DNA of 59,287 bases, filler included, from Sphacelaria rigidula (lineage: Eukaryota): the NCBI GenBank assembly GCA_964200075.2. It is 3 parts of 3 records of this genome, joined end to end, with 100 filler letters (N's around TTAATTAATTAA, not from the genome) between each part and the next. Parts side by side here need not be neighbours in the genome. Positions count along the whole stretch, not along the records: positions 19,804 to 39,499 come from CAXNAA020000626.1; positions 39,600 to 59,287 come from CAXNAA020000627.1; 1 more part is not named here. The stretch is one strand, 5' to 3'. The notes beneath the pieces were generated by a model. It saw only the letters and a program-made list of their open reading frames with translations. It did not search any database and was not told where the DNA came from. The stretch's first letter is position 1. Each line of letters opens with the position of its first letter. Below, piece by piece: positions 37,301 to 47,677 of this stretch. Both the position numbers and the translations under genes were made by a program.

Positions 37301-38982
37301 CTTGAGAAACATGTGAAGAAGGTGTAAATAACATCCTGAACGATACTAGCAGAAAAATGTCACCTTGAAAACCTCTCCTCGTCACAAAATACGCACGAAG
37401 AGGCTCGTGAACGGGGGCGCTAGCGCTACCCTGTAGGAGGGGTGAAATTACTACAAGAGTCAAGGACCCACCATGTTTTCACAGCTGATATTAAAAGAAG
37501 CCGCTATCAGAGTCATTTATGGCAACCGCTGAGCAAAACAGCCAGTTCATCATGGGGCGAGGGAGGCACTGCATCCTCGGCGGGTGGCCGCGCACCCCTA
37601 TACTACATAGCCAAGCCTGATGCATACAGTAGACGGGTGGCGCTTACCGCCCTAACTCCGAAAGAACCGCACACGCATTGAGGTGTGTGACTTCCAGATG
37701 CTCGCTGCCGCCCGACTTCCGCCCCAATTCCGCGGCTCTGCGCAGGTACCTCAAAGCACGCTTCGGTTCGCCGAGTCTTTTAGCTCCCCCCAATTGGTCA
37801 CGGTAGATCGACGGTAAAGACAGAGGACAAAGGCAACAAGACGGCGTTAACTGCAGCTACAATTTCACTCACCTACTACATGCAGTACCCAACAAAGACC
37901 GACGGTCGTTGTGCACCGGCAGGTCCCACGCTATCTTTACGCGATAGTAAGCGCGGTGACCATCACGCGTGTAGTATGGACCCTACTTCGGCGTCAGAAC
38001 ACGCAAGAGACGGACATACTGCAGCCACATATGTGTTATCAAGAAGCATCGACCCACTTCTTGGTTATTTGGGAAACATCCGAAGGCTCGCTTTTTCCCC
38101 ACTGGATGTGCTATCTTCGGTCTCTTTTCAAAACCCCGCCGGCAGGCACTGCACATACCCGATACGGTGTTCGCCGTGCGGACGCATTTCACATACGACG
38201 TTCATTTATCACGTCCAACGAGTTTTCGGGTAAGTTATAGCAGACGATTGGCTTCTTAGTCCGGTATCTTGTCAACCTAAAGAAAGCAGTCGTTTGGTTG
38301 CGCCACACCCGCCCTCAGAACGCCACATGAAAGCCTGCCTCGCCCTTAACCCTTCAGCAGCTGACTGTCAACTGCAGCGCAAATCATCATATATATATAT
38401 ATATTTCTATACGTGTGAAATTACACCAACACACTGAAAAGAAGCAAATTACCCGAGAAAAGCTGACGACCAGGGCAGTGAAGCAGTGGAGTCCTCCCGA
38501 TCGCACCTCTACGCACACGCATCTGCCTGCGCTTTTGGGGCCGGGGTCCTCTAATAAGGCGTGAACTTTGGCAATGTCTGTGTATCTCAGATTCTTATGA
38601 TATTTCCTCCAGGCATGGAGCAACTGCCGAACAAAATAGGATAAGCTGGGACATTTGCCAGAACTGCGATTGTTCAGGGCTTAACGTTTAGTCGCACCCA
38701 CCTTCGATGCAAGCACGCCGTGTTGTTAAGGGTCAACACCTGAAGGGCCCCGGTGTTATCCAGCCTACTCTCGCCGTCCGTTCCAACCGACTCTGAATTG
38801 TCATCGCGAAAATTGTAATGGCCACCATGACAAGGGTGATGTCCATGCCTGTAGCAAGCCATTTCGAAGGCCCTGGCGAGAAGCTCTTTGCATCTCAGCG
38901 TGTCGCCGCGACCGAGCGCGGACATGGCTAACGCATTGCCGGCGACGACCGTGTCCGCCAGAGCTTTTACCGTCGCAGAACT
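22379..38982 (-). CDS. Large TPR + IQ-motif protein (about 1900 codons modelled; 5' end probably incomplete)
   Basis: Phase-consistent GT-AG exons: 38702-38982 (...LQVLTLNNTACLHR), 37648-37776 (LGEPKRALRYLRRA...THLNACAVLSELGR), 36352-36591 (HEEALEHARSA...LAVSYYNLAVELEY), 35759-35852, 35484-35554, 32934-34986 (disordered G/S/R/E-rich), 29993-30483 (IQTWIFRV, MQAVVRGASAR, VQRVVRGVRGR), 28744-28843 (IQQLFRGHQGR), 27113-27850 (LIQHAW), 24641-25473 (MQYLARRQLAR), 22379-23072 (IQRCARRRIQR, then stop). Total 5724 nt in frame. TPR helix-pair pattern at the N-terminus. Confidence 0.8.
24188..24520 (-). mobile_element. tRNA-derived SINE family A
   Basis: Minus-strand head cgcgccggTGGTCTAGCGat...cacgGGTTCGATTCCcg has A- and B-box-like motifs. 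The body motif (plus strand gcgtcgacgctcgtcaaacaaactcagtca) is shared with 55220-55250, and the 3' end is cccgaggaaggggag. Confidence 0.7.
25590..25780. repeat. Poly-G tracts flanking a 10-N gap
   Basis: Long G runs on both sides of Ns at 25693-25702; likely low-quality or duplicated assembly. Confidence 0.8.
30497..32680 (-). mobile_element. Second LINE remnant (same family as 1-1840), split by a DNA transposon
   Basis: 30520-30650 aligns with 279-405 (gtactcatttgttg.tcgccttagt...). 32120-32680 aligns with ~425-1010 (cttatcc..tcctgtttcg...ctcctagtatagcc). ORF 32166-32495 (LKERFRVG..DLSERRRKY) parallels the first copy. Confidence 0.88.
30654..32098. mobile_element. Non-autonomous TIR DNA transposon with TA target-site duplication (Tc1/mariner-like), nested in the LINE
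   Basis: TA|cagggggttccgtacttgaaggccg ... cggccttcaagtgtagaacccacgg|TA. Long internal inverted arms: 30900-31030 vs 31495-31625 (gaaagtcacatgttacgt / acgtaacatgtgactttt). Confidence 0.85.
34450..34510. repeat. (CCACCT)n hexamer encoding poly-Gly within the large exon
   Basis: Visible repeat; translates as GGGGGGGG on the minus strand in ORF 32925-34964. Confidence 0.85.
36755..36985 (-). mobile_element. Diverged tRNA-derived SINE (family A-like)
   Basis: Plus-strand gtcgggactcgaacccc is a B box on the minus strand. tcctcgttcctcggaacgagcccgt...tctcagaggatcaa resembles the family A 3' end. Confidence 0.5.
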
Positions 38983-39499
38983 CTGCTTTGAAGACGAGCG
39001 AAAACATTTACAGGCATGGAGGAAAATAGTAAGCCCATCGCGGTTCGTGCAGAACCATGAGATATCATTGCTGCGGCAGTCGCTGGTGTCACTGGTTGAT
39101 GATCTGCACAGAGAGGCGTGGTGGTTGGCACAAAAATGGTCTATGAGCGAGGGTCATAGGGCCTCGGTTGAGTGCACGCCTATGATGCTGTGTACTCTTC
39201 CCAAGAGTTTAATCGAGTATACTCACACTCAATGTTGGATACACGCGGACAGGCCTGGATGAGTTGGAAATAGATATGGTGATTGGATTATGACATATGG
39301 GTGAAGGGCATATAAGAGATACAGTTCTGTTATTAAAGGTATACCCGATATGTTGGTTGCAGTAAAAATCTGTTGGAGGCACACGCTCAGCGCGTGGCCA
39401 AGGAGTTAGGACCTGACGTGTTACTTTTGGATGAGTGGCTCTTTACGATTGACCCAGCCCCCCTTTTTGGCACTACATGTTTCTGGATTTTTACGTACA

Positions 39500-39599
39500 N
39501 NNNNNNNNNNNNNNNNNNNNNNNNNNNNNNNNNNNNNNNNNNNTTAATTAATTAANNNNNNNNNNNNNNNNNNNNNNNNNNNNNNNNNNNNNNNNNNNN
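39500..39599. other. Artificial contig spacer (N-run + TTAATTAATTAA + N-run)
   Basis: Same linker as 19704-19803. Confidence 0.95.
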
Positions 39600-40730
39600 A
39601 ACTCGGGGTGATACCAGGAAGAGCCTAATATAGGACGGTCCAACATCCCCCGAGGCCCTGGTCGCCTATGGCGACCACTTCTCGTCTGGCCCCCTTCTTG
39701 CCTCCATATACAAGAGGAAGTCATCGCCAGCCTTGGAGTTCCTTCGGCATCAGGACGGCAGTCTCCCCCGTAGGTCTCTGGCTACTCTAGCGATACGCCT
39801 TCCTTACAAATTTATCATTATATATGTAATAATCAGAAAAGTAATAATAAAGATCGTACAGAGTAGCAGAAATCAAGAGCGGCTGCGTTTGGTCTTGAAA
39901 TGGAAATATACTTTGATACTTTAATTATGGCGCAAGCAACTCTTTTTCATCATTTTTCATCATTGCGAACATGAAATAAATGTTGCACGCAGCTATGGCA
40001 CGGCACTTGCACGTGCTACGTGCTACGCGCAACACTCGTATTTTAATTTGCACCACAGATGGGGCTCAGCCGGGCTTGCCTAAAGTAGACAATGAGCAAA
40101 ACGGAACTAAGGCAAATTTAAGGCAAATCTAAGGGATCATGCCTCGTCCATTTAAGGTATCTACGGCATGAAATCGGGTCTGAGGCATTGCCTTAAATTT
40201 CGCCTGACCCCCAATCTTTTCGCCTGCGGCGGGCCCTCATTCATTTGCCTTAGGCCCTCCTTCGGCGTGCCATAGAAGCCAGGGCCTATAACTGACCCAG
40301 CCAGCATATGCATTCTCACCTGATCAGGAGATACACCGCTGGGTTATGTTGATAACTGACCCGGCCAGGATGTGCACCGCTAAATCATGTTCTAAAAACC
40401 ATCAGATCGGAGAATGCACCGCTGAGGTATGTAGTGTTTCTCACCTGACCAGAATATGCACCGCTAAGGTATGTTGCTATAACTCACAGGTGTCGTTACG
40501 TGCACCAATCGGAAAAGTCGGTAGCCCATACACACGATTATCCTACTGGGTCCGCACAACCGACAACGGCCAGCAGGGCCGGCTGTGGCCATATCAGACT
40601 GGCAAAATGAAATCAACAACTTCATGGCCGTGGAGACGCTGGTGGTTGAACATATGACCCATCCACACGTCGGACAAGTCAACTCATGTTGACTTTAGTT
40701 CAATTTTGTCCCCCAGAATAGATGGAATGA

Positions 40731-41060
40731 AAACACCAACACACACACCGTGCCCCAACGTGATCCTCGTACACCATTGCTGGGAACGATAAGGCTACGG
40801 GGGAAGACGGAACAGTGAGGATTAAACCTCAGAGTTATGTTGTCAAGCTATTGGCGCACTCCTTGTCTCGAATGAACGTTCCAGCATGCCCTACTCGTAT
40901 CCGAAGAAGCACTACATGTCGGGAATCGCAGCGTTAGTTCTGTCTGATCGTGTTTCGGATTTCAGAACGGAATATGACCGTTGCGCTTGAACACAAAAGA
41001 GCATTTGTCGTGCTAGCTGTTGGAAAATATCCGTCGCTACTTTGCCCCCTGTCGTGGTGA
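40731..41060. repeat. Dispersed ~320-bp repeat; inverted partner at 44295-44635
   Basis: cgtgatcctcgtacaccattg...ccctactcgtatccgaag...atgaccgttgcgcttgaaca...gctgttggaaaa.atccgtcg is the reverse complement of the partner. Confidence 0.88.
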
Positions 41061-41124
41061 ATTTGAGCAAGAGTCGTTGGGGGAGGTAGCCATGAGGTTA
41101 ACTTTGAGGCCAATACCGTTGTTT

Positions 41125-41490
41125 TCTATACCGTCGAACACAACATGTGGTGAAACACGTTTATTGATAAGAAGACAAACGATGTTACAACCGTCGATCG
41201 ATGGTCCTCTGCAACTGTAAGAGATCAAGATCACTGGCCATTTATGAATCTTATATACCGCACTAGATCCTGGGATGTTGCTATCGATAGCCATTACCGT
41301 CACCATAATATTTGGTATCCCACCTATCGATAACCATGCCGTCACCAAAAAACGAGATGAAAATCTATCGATGGCCTTTGCCGACGATAGGTTTGGGAGT
41401 ATCCGTCAATGTACATTGCCAACAATTGGTCGTTGCAGGTGGCATCTATCGATAGCCAATGCCGCCATCACAAGGTTTGGAATCACATAT
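41125..41490. repeat. ATCGAT-rich repeat family B, copy 1 (other copies at 44875-45285, 46660-47450, 48490-48960, 49125-49990)
   Basis: aacacaaca..tggtg.aa.acgtttattgat.agaagacaaa...caaccgtcgatcgatgg.cctctgcaactgtaa is near-identical to 44885-44970. Internal ~41-42 bp subrepeat ctatcgatagccattgccgtcatcaatagatttggt. Confidence 0.85.
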
Positions 41491-42077
41491 TTACATGAAT
41501 ATATACCGTCCACCGCAATATTCTGTAGGCACCAGCGGCAGTACAAGTGGCGTCACTACTTGAAAAACTCTAATTTGAGGCGAGGCTCAAATCTTATCCT
41601 TATCGCCGAGCCAAGCATAATTTATTGAAGCCAACTTCGTATTTTCCGCACACGCGCAGTGATGAATTTCTTTGAGGCCAATTTTTTATTCCTCCCGCGC
41701 GCGTACAAAATGATGAAATTCTTGAAAAGCATTTTTTTTTGACAATGCAGCGAGACGTTTCGTGTTTTTTGCAGTGCTGCTTGGACAGATTATCTGCAGG
41801 GGTCTCGCAGTATCCAGCGGAGAAAAATGGTTGAGCAGTACAGTCGTAGTGTACTATTTTGCTGTGCAATAAATGTACATGAGTACAATCACATCGGGGT
41901 GAATCGCAATACAAGTATCATACTGTATCATCCATGTATTTAATAGTACATATTGGTGTATTAGAGACAAAATGATGATGAACGAAAAATGCGGTCACAG
42001 CTCGTTGTATTTACTGTATATATATAGTATACTAGTACGTATACATTCAACAGCCAATCAATCATCGAAATTGAAAA

Positions 42078-42476
42078 TGGGTCTTTTCATTGAGGATGAG
42101 AACCCGGAGGATGAAAATCTTCGCATCCACACCATATTTTCAAAGCATGGTTCCATTCCTTTACCTACCGGTAGCTATTGACGACTACGACACGCCATGG
42201 AAATTTGGATTTGGATTTCCGAAATGTTGGGGTCCCAAATGAAAACTCGATTTCGGGGAATGTTGGCGATCCGATCGGATCACCTCAATTCCCCCAAATT
42301 GTTTCTTCGCCGAGGACCCCAATATTTCGGTAATCGAAATCGAAATTTGTATGACGTGTCGTCGTTGTCAATAGCTACCTACCAGTAGGTGAAGGAATGG
42401 AATAATATTTCGAAGATTTGGTGTGGATACGAAGATTTTCATCCTCCGGGTTCTCATCCTCAATGAAAAACTCCAT
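42078..42476. mobile_element. Foldback/hairpin MITE, ~400 bp, palindromic over its whole length
   Basis: ttttcattgaggatgagaacccggaggatgaaaatcttcg (from 42084) is the exact reverse complement of 42430-42469. Imperfect pairing continues to a central gatccgatcggatc. Confidence 0.9.
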
Positions 42477-42518
42477 ACGTCGGACGAGTCGTTAAACAGG
42501 TGATCATGGAAATTGAGG

Positions 42519-43155
42519 GTGGAGTTTTTCACACGTCTGAAAATCACGAGTATGACTCGTGGCACTCGCAGCCGTTGGGCTGCTCGTTGGCGGTATAAAT
42601 TATATGGGCGAGTACTCGAGTCATTACTCGTTGTAGAAAAAATTCAAAGGGCGAGCACTCGAGTCATTGCTCGCTGTGGAAAAATCAATAGGACGAACAC
42701 TCGAGTCATTGCTCGTCGTGAAAAAAAATAACGAGTTGAGCACTCGAGTCATTACCTTTTGTGGAGAAGTCGATGACTCGAGCACATGAGTCATTGCTCG
42801 TGATGAACGACCTGAGTGGAGGAGTCAGCAATCCGACAAGCGAACATTTGTAATGAGCTGTTGGACGATCTTGAACCTAGAATCTTCAAGTTCATATGCA
42901 TATCTGCACATGCACAAGCGTCAAGTTCCACCGCTCGATTTTTGTTCAAGCCTCCCCCTCCCTCACACACACGCAGATCAGAGTTCTACTGAAGCGGCGG
43001 AGAGTATTTCTTGAGTAGTACATTTATAGGTCGAGCACACAAGTCATTGCTCGTCGTGGAAAAATGAATGACTCGAGCACACGAGTCATTGCTTGCTGTT
43101 AAGTAACGACTCGAGCACACGAGTCATGCTCATTGTGTTTTAAAAAACCATCCAC
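42519..43155. mobile_element. Probable non-autonomous TIR element with ~42-bp subterminal tandem repeats
   Basis: Units agcactcgagtcattgctcg(t/c)tgtggaaaaaat... at 42611-42810 and 43033-43135. Imperfect inverted ends gtggagtttttcacacg / tgtgttttaaaaaaccatccac. Confidence 0.65.
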
Positions 43156-44294
43156 GAGTGCGCACTCGTTTCGACGAGTAATAGAGAGCTTCGGAAAACG
43201 TTTTTTCAAAGCTCAGAGTCGGAGTTAACGGAAAATAGCCGGTAACGGTGCACTTTCCGCTATGAAGTTTTTTTCGGAGCGATATTTTCAGAGTCAGAGT
43301 GCCGTTTGCACCACTTCACTCTGACAACCGTTGTTCCTCCTCAGAGTTCATAGCGGAATGAAAAAGAATCACGCCCACCTTCACCACCATGGCCGCTTCC
43401 AGTTGAAAGTCAATACACCTTAACAAGCAAAGTGGGACATTCATTATCCGTCAAAACTGCCATACTCATCGCAGTGGGCCATTCACGAAGTAGAAAAGCT
43501 TGGCATCGCAATCAGAAGACCTCCCCGACGCCATGGTATCAGCAATCCGCTTGGCTGTGTTTCGTTAAAATTCAAATGCTCCACAGGTACACGTTGCGTT
43601 GAGTGCAGTTCCTCATTCTTGTAGCTTCAGCTGAAAGAAAACAGTGGGAACGATTCGTAGTCTACAGCGCACAATCAATACTACACCTGGCTGTATCCCC
43701 ATCCCGTGAGAGATTATAACGTCTTGCACCACCGTTATAGGTGGCATGTGGGAAAAGCATCGCAATGCGGCCGAGGTCTGCTGTTTGAAAGTGCTGCGTA
43801 CCGTACTGTCTGTACTACTGTTTGTACTACTGACTCTCTGTACCGTATCGCTGTACAGCAGAATAGTTCTCAGCATCGCAATGCATTGACTGTGTAGGGT
43901 TCTGTATCGCACTATCTGTACTGCACTGTACTCCACGCTGCACAGAACTATAGCACTAAAGTGCTACAGTGTCTTGTAGTGCCCCGTAGTGGATTGAAGT
44001 ACTGCAGGTGCAGTGAAAAAGCGTGGTGTATGGTGCGTACGGTGCCGCAGTGTACGGTGCAGTCAGTGTTGCGCCGGCCTGTGCACTTTTGAAGTGGACG
44101 CCGGTCGATCGTACATTTGGCGGGGCAACCTGCGGCTAATCACTGCGACAAAAAAGAATCACGTCAAGCCACGTCACATCAGCTTCCACTGTGCACTCTG
44201 ACTCTACGCTGAACGAAAACACCTTCCGAAACCCTCTATTGGCCTTCGACTTTAGCCCATGTCCATGACTACCTCCCCCAACGACTCGTGCTCG

Positions 44295-44635
44295 ATTTTA
44301 CCACGGCAGGGGACAACTAACGACGGATAGTTTTCCAACAGCTGGTACGACGAATGCCCATTTATGTTCAAGCGCAACGGTCATTTTCCATTATGGAATC
44401 CGGAACACAATCACACAGAATTAACGCTGTACTTCCCGACATATATAGTGCTATTTATACTTCGGATACGAGTAGGGCACGCTGAGAGGTATCGTTCGAG
44501 ACAAGGAATGCGCCCCTAGCATGACAAAAAACTCCGGCATTTACTTCTCGTTGTTTCGTCTTCCCCCATGGCCTTCTCGTTTCCGACAATGGTGTACGAG
44601 GATCACGTTAGGGCTTGGTGTGTGTTGGTGTTGTA
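44295..44635. repeat. Inverted copy of 40731-41060
   Basis: cgacggatagttttccaacagc...tgttcaagcgcaacggtcat...cttcggatacgagtagggca...caatggtgtacgaggatcacgtt. Confidence 0.88.
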
Positions 44636-47489
44636 GTACCATCTATTCCGGACGCGAGGCTATACATTCGGTATATCTGTGCGCATCAGCCGGGGTCACA
44701 CAGGAGGACGGTGAACACAGGATCTTCCAAGTTTGATCTGGTACTCCACCTCCCTTCTGGGGTGCTTGTTTTCCTTTTTATCACCAGGAGGGTTCGACGA
44801 TCCCTTTCACGCTCTTTACATCGAACGCAACAACTTTCCACTCCTCCAACAAGAGACCCGCGGGGAATATGTCATTACATATCGTTGAACACAACATACG
44901 GTGGAATACGTTTATTGATGAGAAGACAAAATATGTTGCAACCGTCGATCGATGGCCCTCTGCAACTGTAATACATCAAGATCACTGGTCATCGATGGAT
45001 CTTATGTACCGCACTAGATTCTGGGGTGTAGCTATCGATAGCCATGACCGTCACCATAATATTTGGTGAGCCATCTATCGACAGCCATGCCGCCATCTGA
45101 AGATTTGGTAAGCCACCTTTAGCTAACCATGCCGTCACCAAAAACTGTGGGGAAACTCTATGGATGGCCTTCGCCGACGATAGACCTGGGGGTATCCATC
45201 ATTGTACATTGTCAACAGTGGGTCGTTGCAGGTCAAATGTATCGATAGCCAATGCTGCCAACAAAAGGTTTGGAATCATACATGCATATAAGGTTCCCCT
45301 TCGGGGGGTTGGTACGGGCCTCGCGGAGGTGACGCAAGTCGAAGATATATGGTTAAGAGAGGCTGTTGTATCTCAATGTACAGTACTAATCGTGGCGGTA
45401 CAAAGCATCGCATGTGTTATCGGCTGTCGTTCGGGAATATGGGAATTTCGACGGGGGCCGACGGTGGAACCGCCGGTGTAGGACATGTGTGTCATTCCCG
45501 ACGTGTCAGAATGCGAAGTAGCTCTTGTGCCACAAAGACATGACAGCGGGAGGCACTCCCGAAAAGTTGGAATGCGTGGAACATTCTGGATATGTTCTTT
45601 GTACATCACTGTTGCTTCGACATCACCGGGCCTTTTTTGAAACAGGGTGGTTGGTTTTGCGGCAACACATTCTTGCGCTACCGTGCTGCTGTGCCTTGTT
45701 CAACTCGCCAACGGCCCATTGCACGGCCTTGTGTTTGCTGCTGACTAAGGCCAAGGCGATGTTGCATTGTTTTCAACTGCTTTGCTCTCACGCTCTCGTT
45801 ACGTTGGCGGCATAACCGGTGTGTTCGTTCTCCCGAATGAACGAGAACGCGACAAAGAGAAACACTGGGAGAAAATACCCCGCCAAAAGTAATCATGTTT
45901 GAAGCTTGTCATGATCTCCACCAGGCTTTTTTGGTGGTTCGGGTTCTTGTTTCAATTTTCCATGATCTTGAAAAGGCTTTTGTTGCCAGAACACGCGCCA
46001 CAGGTATCAGATAATACCCGAACCTGAACGGTAATGTACCGCTGACCCTTCTCAGTGCGCTACAAAAGAAAGCGCGGGAAAAAATGCCTTGCCGCCGGAG
46101 AAACCCCGGCAAAGGTGGTGAAGAATGTGAAATGATACATGTATAGTATATATATAGAATATTTCGAATTGACGAGCGACAAGCATAATTCGTAACGAGG
46201 CGTCCACAAGATTCAATGCTGATTTTTGTGTCCAAGTTCCTCCGCACCCGCCCGGGGAGATGACTGTTCGGGCCAATGCCAATGCTAGGAGCCCGGTTGG
46301 CGGATTCGAACCGACGCGCGATCGCGGTGGTCCTGCAATGTTTCCAGCGGGCATCAAGATGTCGAGAGAGGATCTATTATCACGAGGACTTGGCAAGGCA
46401 AGGGTACCGCGACCCTCGAAAAAGACGGACAGGACCGGGGCGCAGACCCGGGTCTCGTGCGGCTTGTATATATATATATTTATTTTCCACCGCAGTGTTC
46501 TTTCGGCATCCACGGCAATACTCCAAACACAAGCTGTGCCCACATAACTACCCGAGGCCATAGCGGGTAATAGCTTCTGTGGAAGTTAGGTTCATCCACC
46601 GCAAACTTTGAATGCTTGGACGCAATTCAGAGCCGATCGCGGCTAATTTACCTATACCGATAAACGACTTGGCCAGTCCATTGTCGCGGCAATGATGGAT
46701 TCTGGACCTTGTTCCGAGCATGCTGTCACTATGTTTCATCGATAGACAGTGCTGTCAGTCGATTGTGGCCGGCAAAGGACATCAATAGGCACATCGTGTG
46801 TTGTTCAGGGAATGAGCACATCTCACCCACGTACGTAGGTCCTCTAAGCGGTCTTGTCCGTCATAGGGAGAACCATGAGTACCAACACCACACCAAACCC
46901 ATAAACATCTGCTCACACATGTTGCGGACTCCTACAGCATACAACCGTTCCGCACGTGTCGAATTGTGATGACACTTTTTTACAAGTGTCCATAGTACCA
47001 CGATATATCCACCGCATCGTCATCTGCTGCCTCTCTAGCGTACGCTCATGGGGTATATACTCTATACACAGTATATTGCATTTCTGGTGTGTCAGTAGAT
47101 GACAGGGGATATCCATCGATAGGCAGTGTGTACCAGGGTAGATCCTGGTATGTATCGACCGATAATCATTGCCATCATCAATAGTTTTGGTACATAATCA
47201 ATTAAAAGCCCTTGCCGTAGTCAATAGACCTGATGCACAATCTATCGGTAGCCATTGCCGTCATTAATAGATCTGTGAAGCTATCCATCGATATATTTGG
47301 TCGGCTTCGGTATCTTTCGCTGTAGCGTCACAAGAGACTACAGTCCGGGCGATAAGGTGGGGAAGGAGTCCATCGAAATCCATCGCCGATGACAACGGGC
47401 AGAGAAAGCCGTCGATCGATTTCCACTACTGTCGACAATATTGGCGTCCCTTGCAGCAGACCCTAGTGCCATTGCAACGTCTATTGTCT

Positions 47490-47677
47490 ACTGATCAGTG
47501 TGTGGTCGCGTTCCCTCGTCGACCGTCGGGTCGAACTTGTGTACCCACCATGAAGTCGCTCTCCGGCACTATGTGAGAGATAATCCCAGATCGTTGACTT
47601 TGCCGAGATTCGAACCCAACGTTCCAAATGTCAGAAGGGTTTGTGGTCACCAACTGAGCCACCAAGGCGGCCGGCTA
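47490..47677 (-). mobile_element. tRNA-derived SINE family C
   Basis: Minus-strand head agccggccgccttggTGGCTCAGTTGGtgacc...gttgGGTTCGAATCtcggca has A and B boxes but no cloverleaf; same head as 59250-59287. Confidence 0.7.

Noticed and set aside
42611..42810. CRISPR-like repeat/spacer pattern
   Set aside because: The 'spacers' are similar to each other (A-rich gtggaaaaa), repeats are degenerate, there are no cas genes and the context is eukaryotic; it is a tandem repeat.
47600..47677. tRNA gene
   Set aside because: A and B boxes are present but there is no acceptor or anticodon stem; treated as a SINE head. The same applies to 24447-24520 and 59250-59287.
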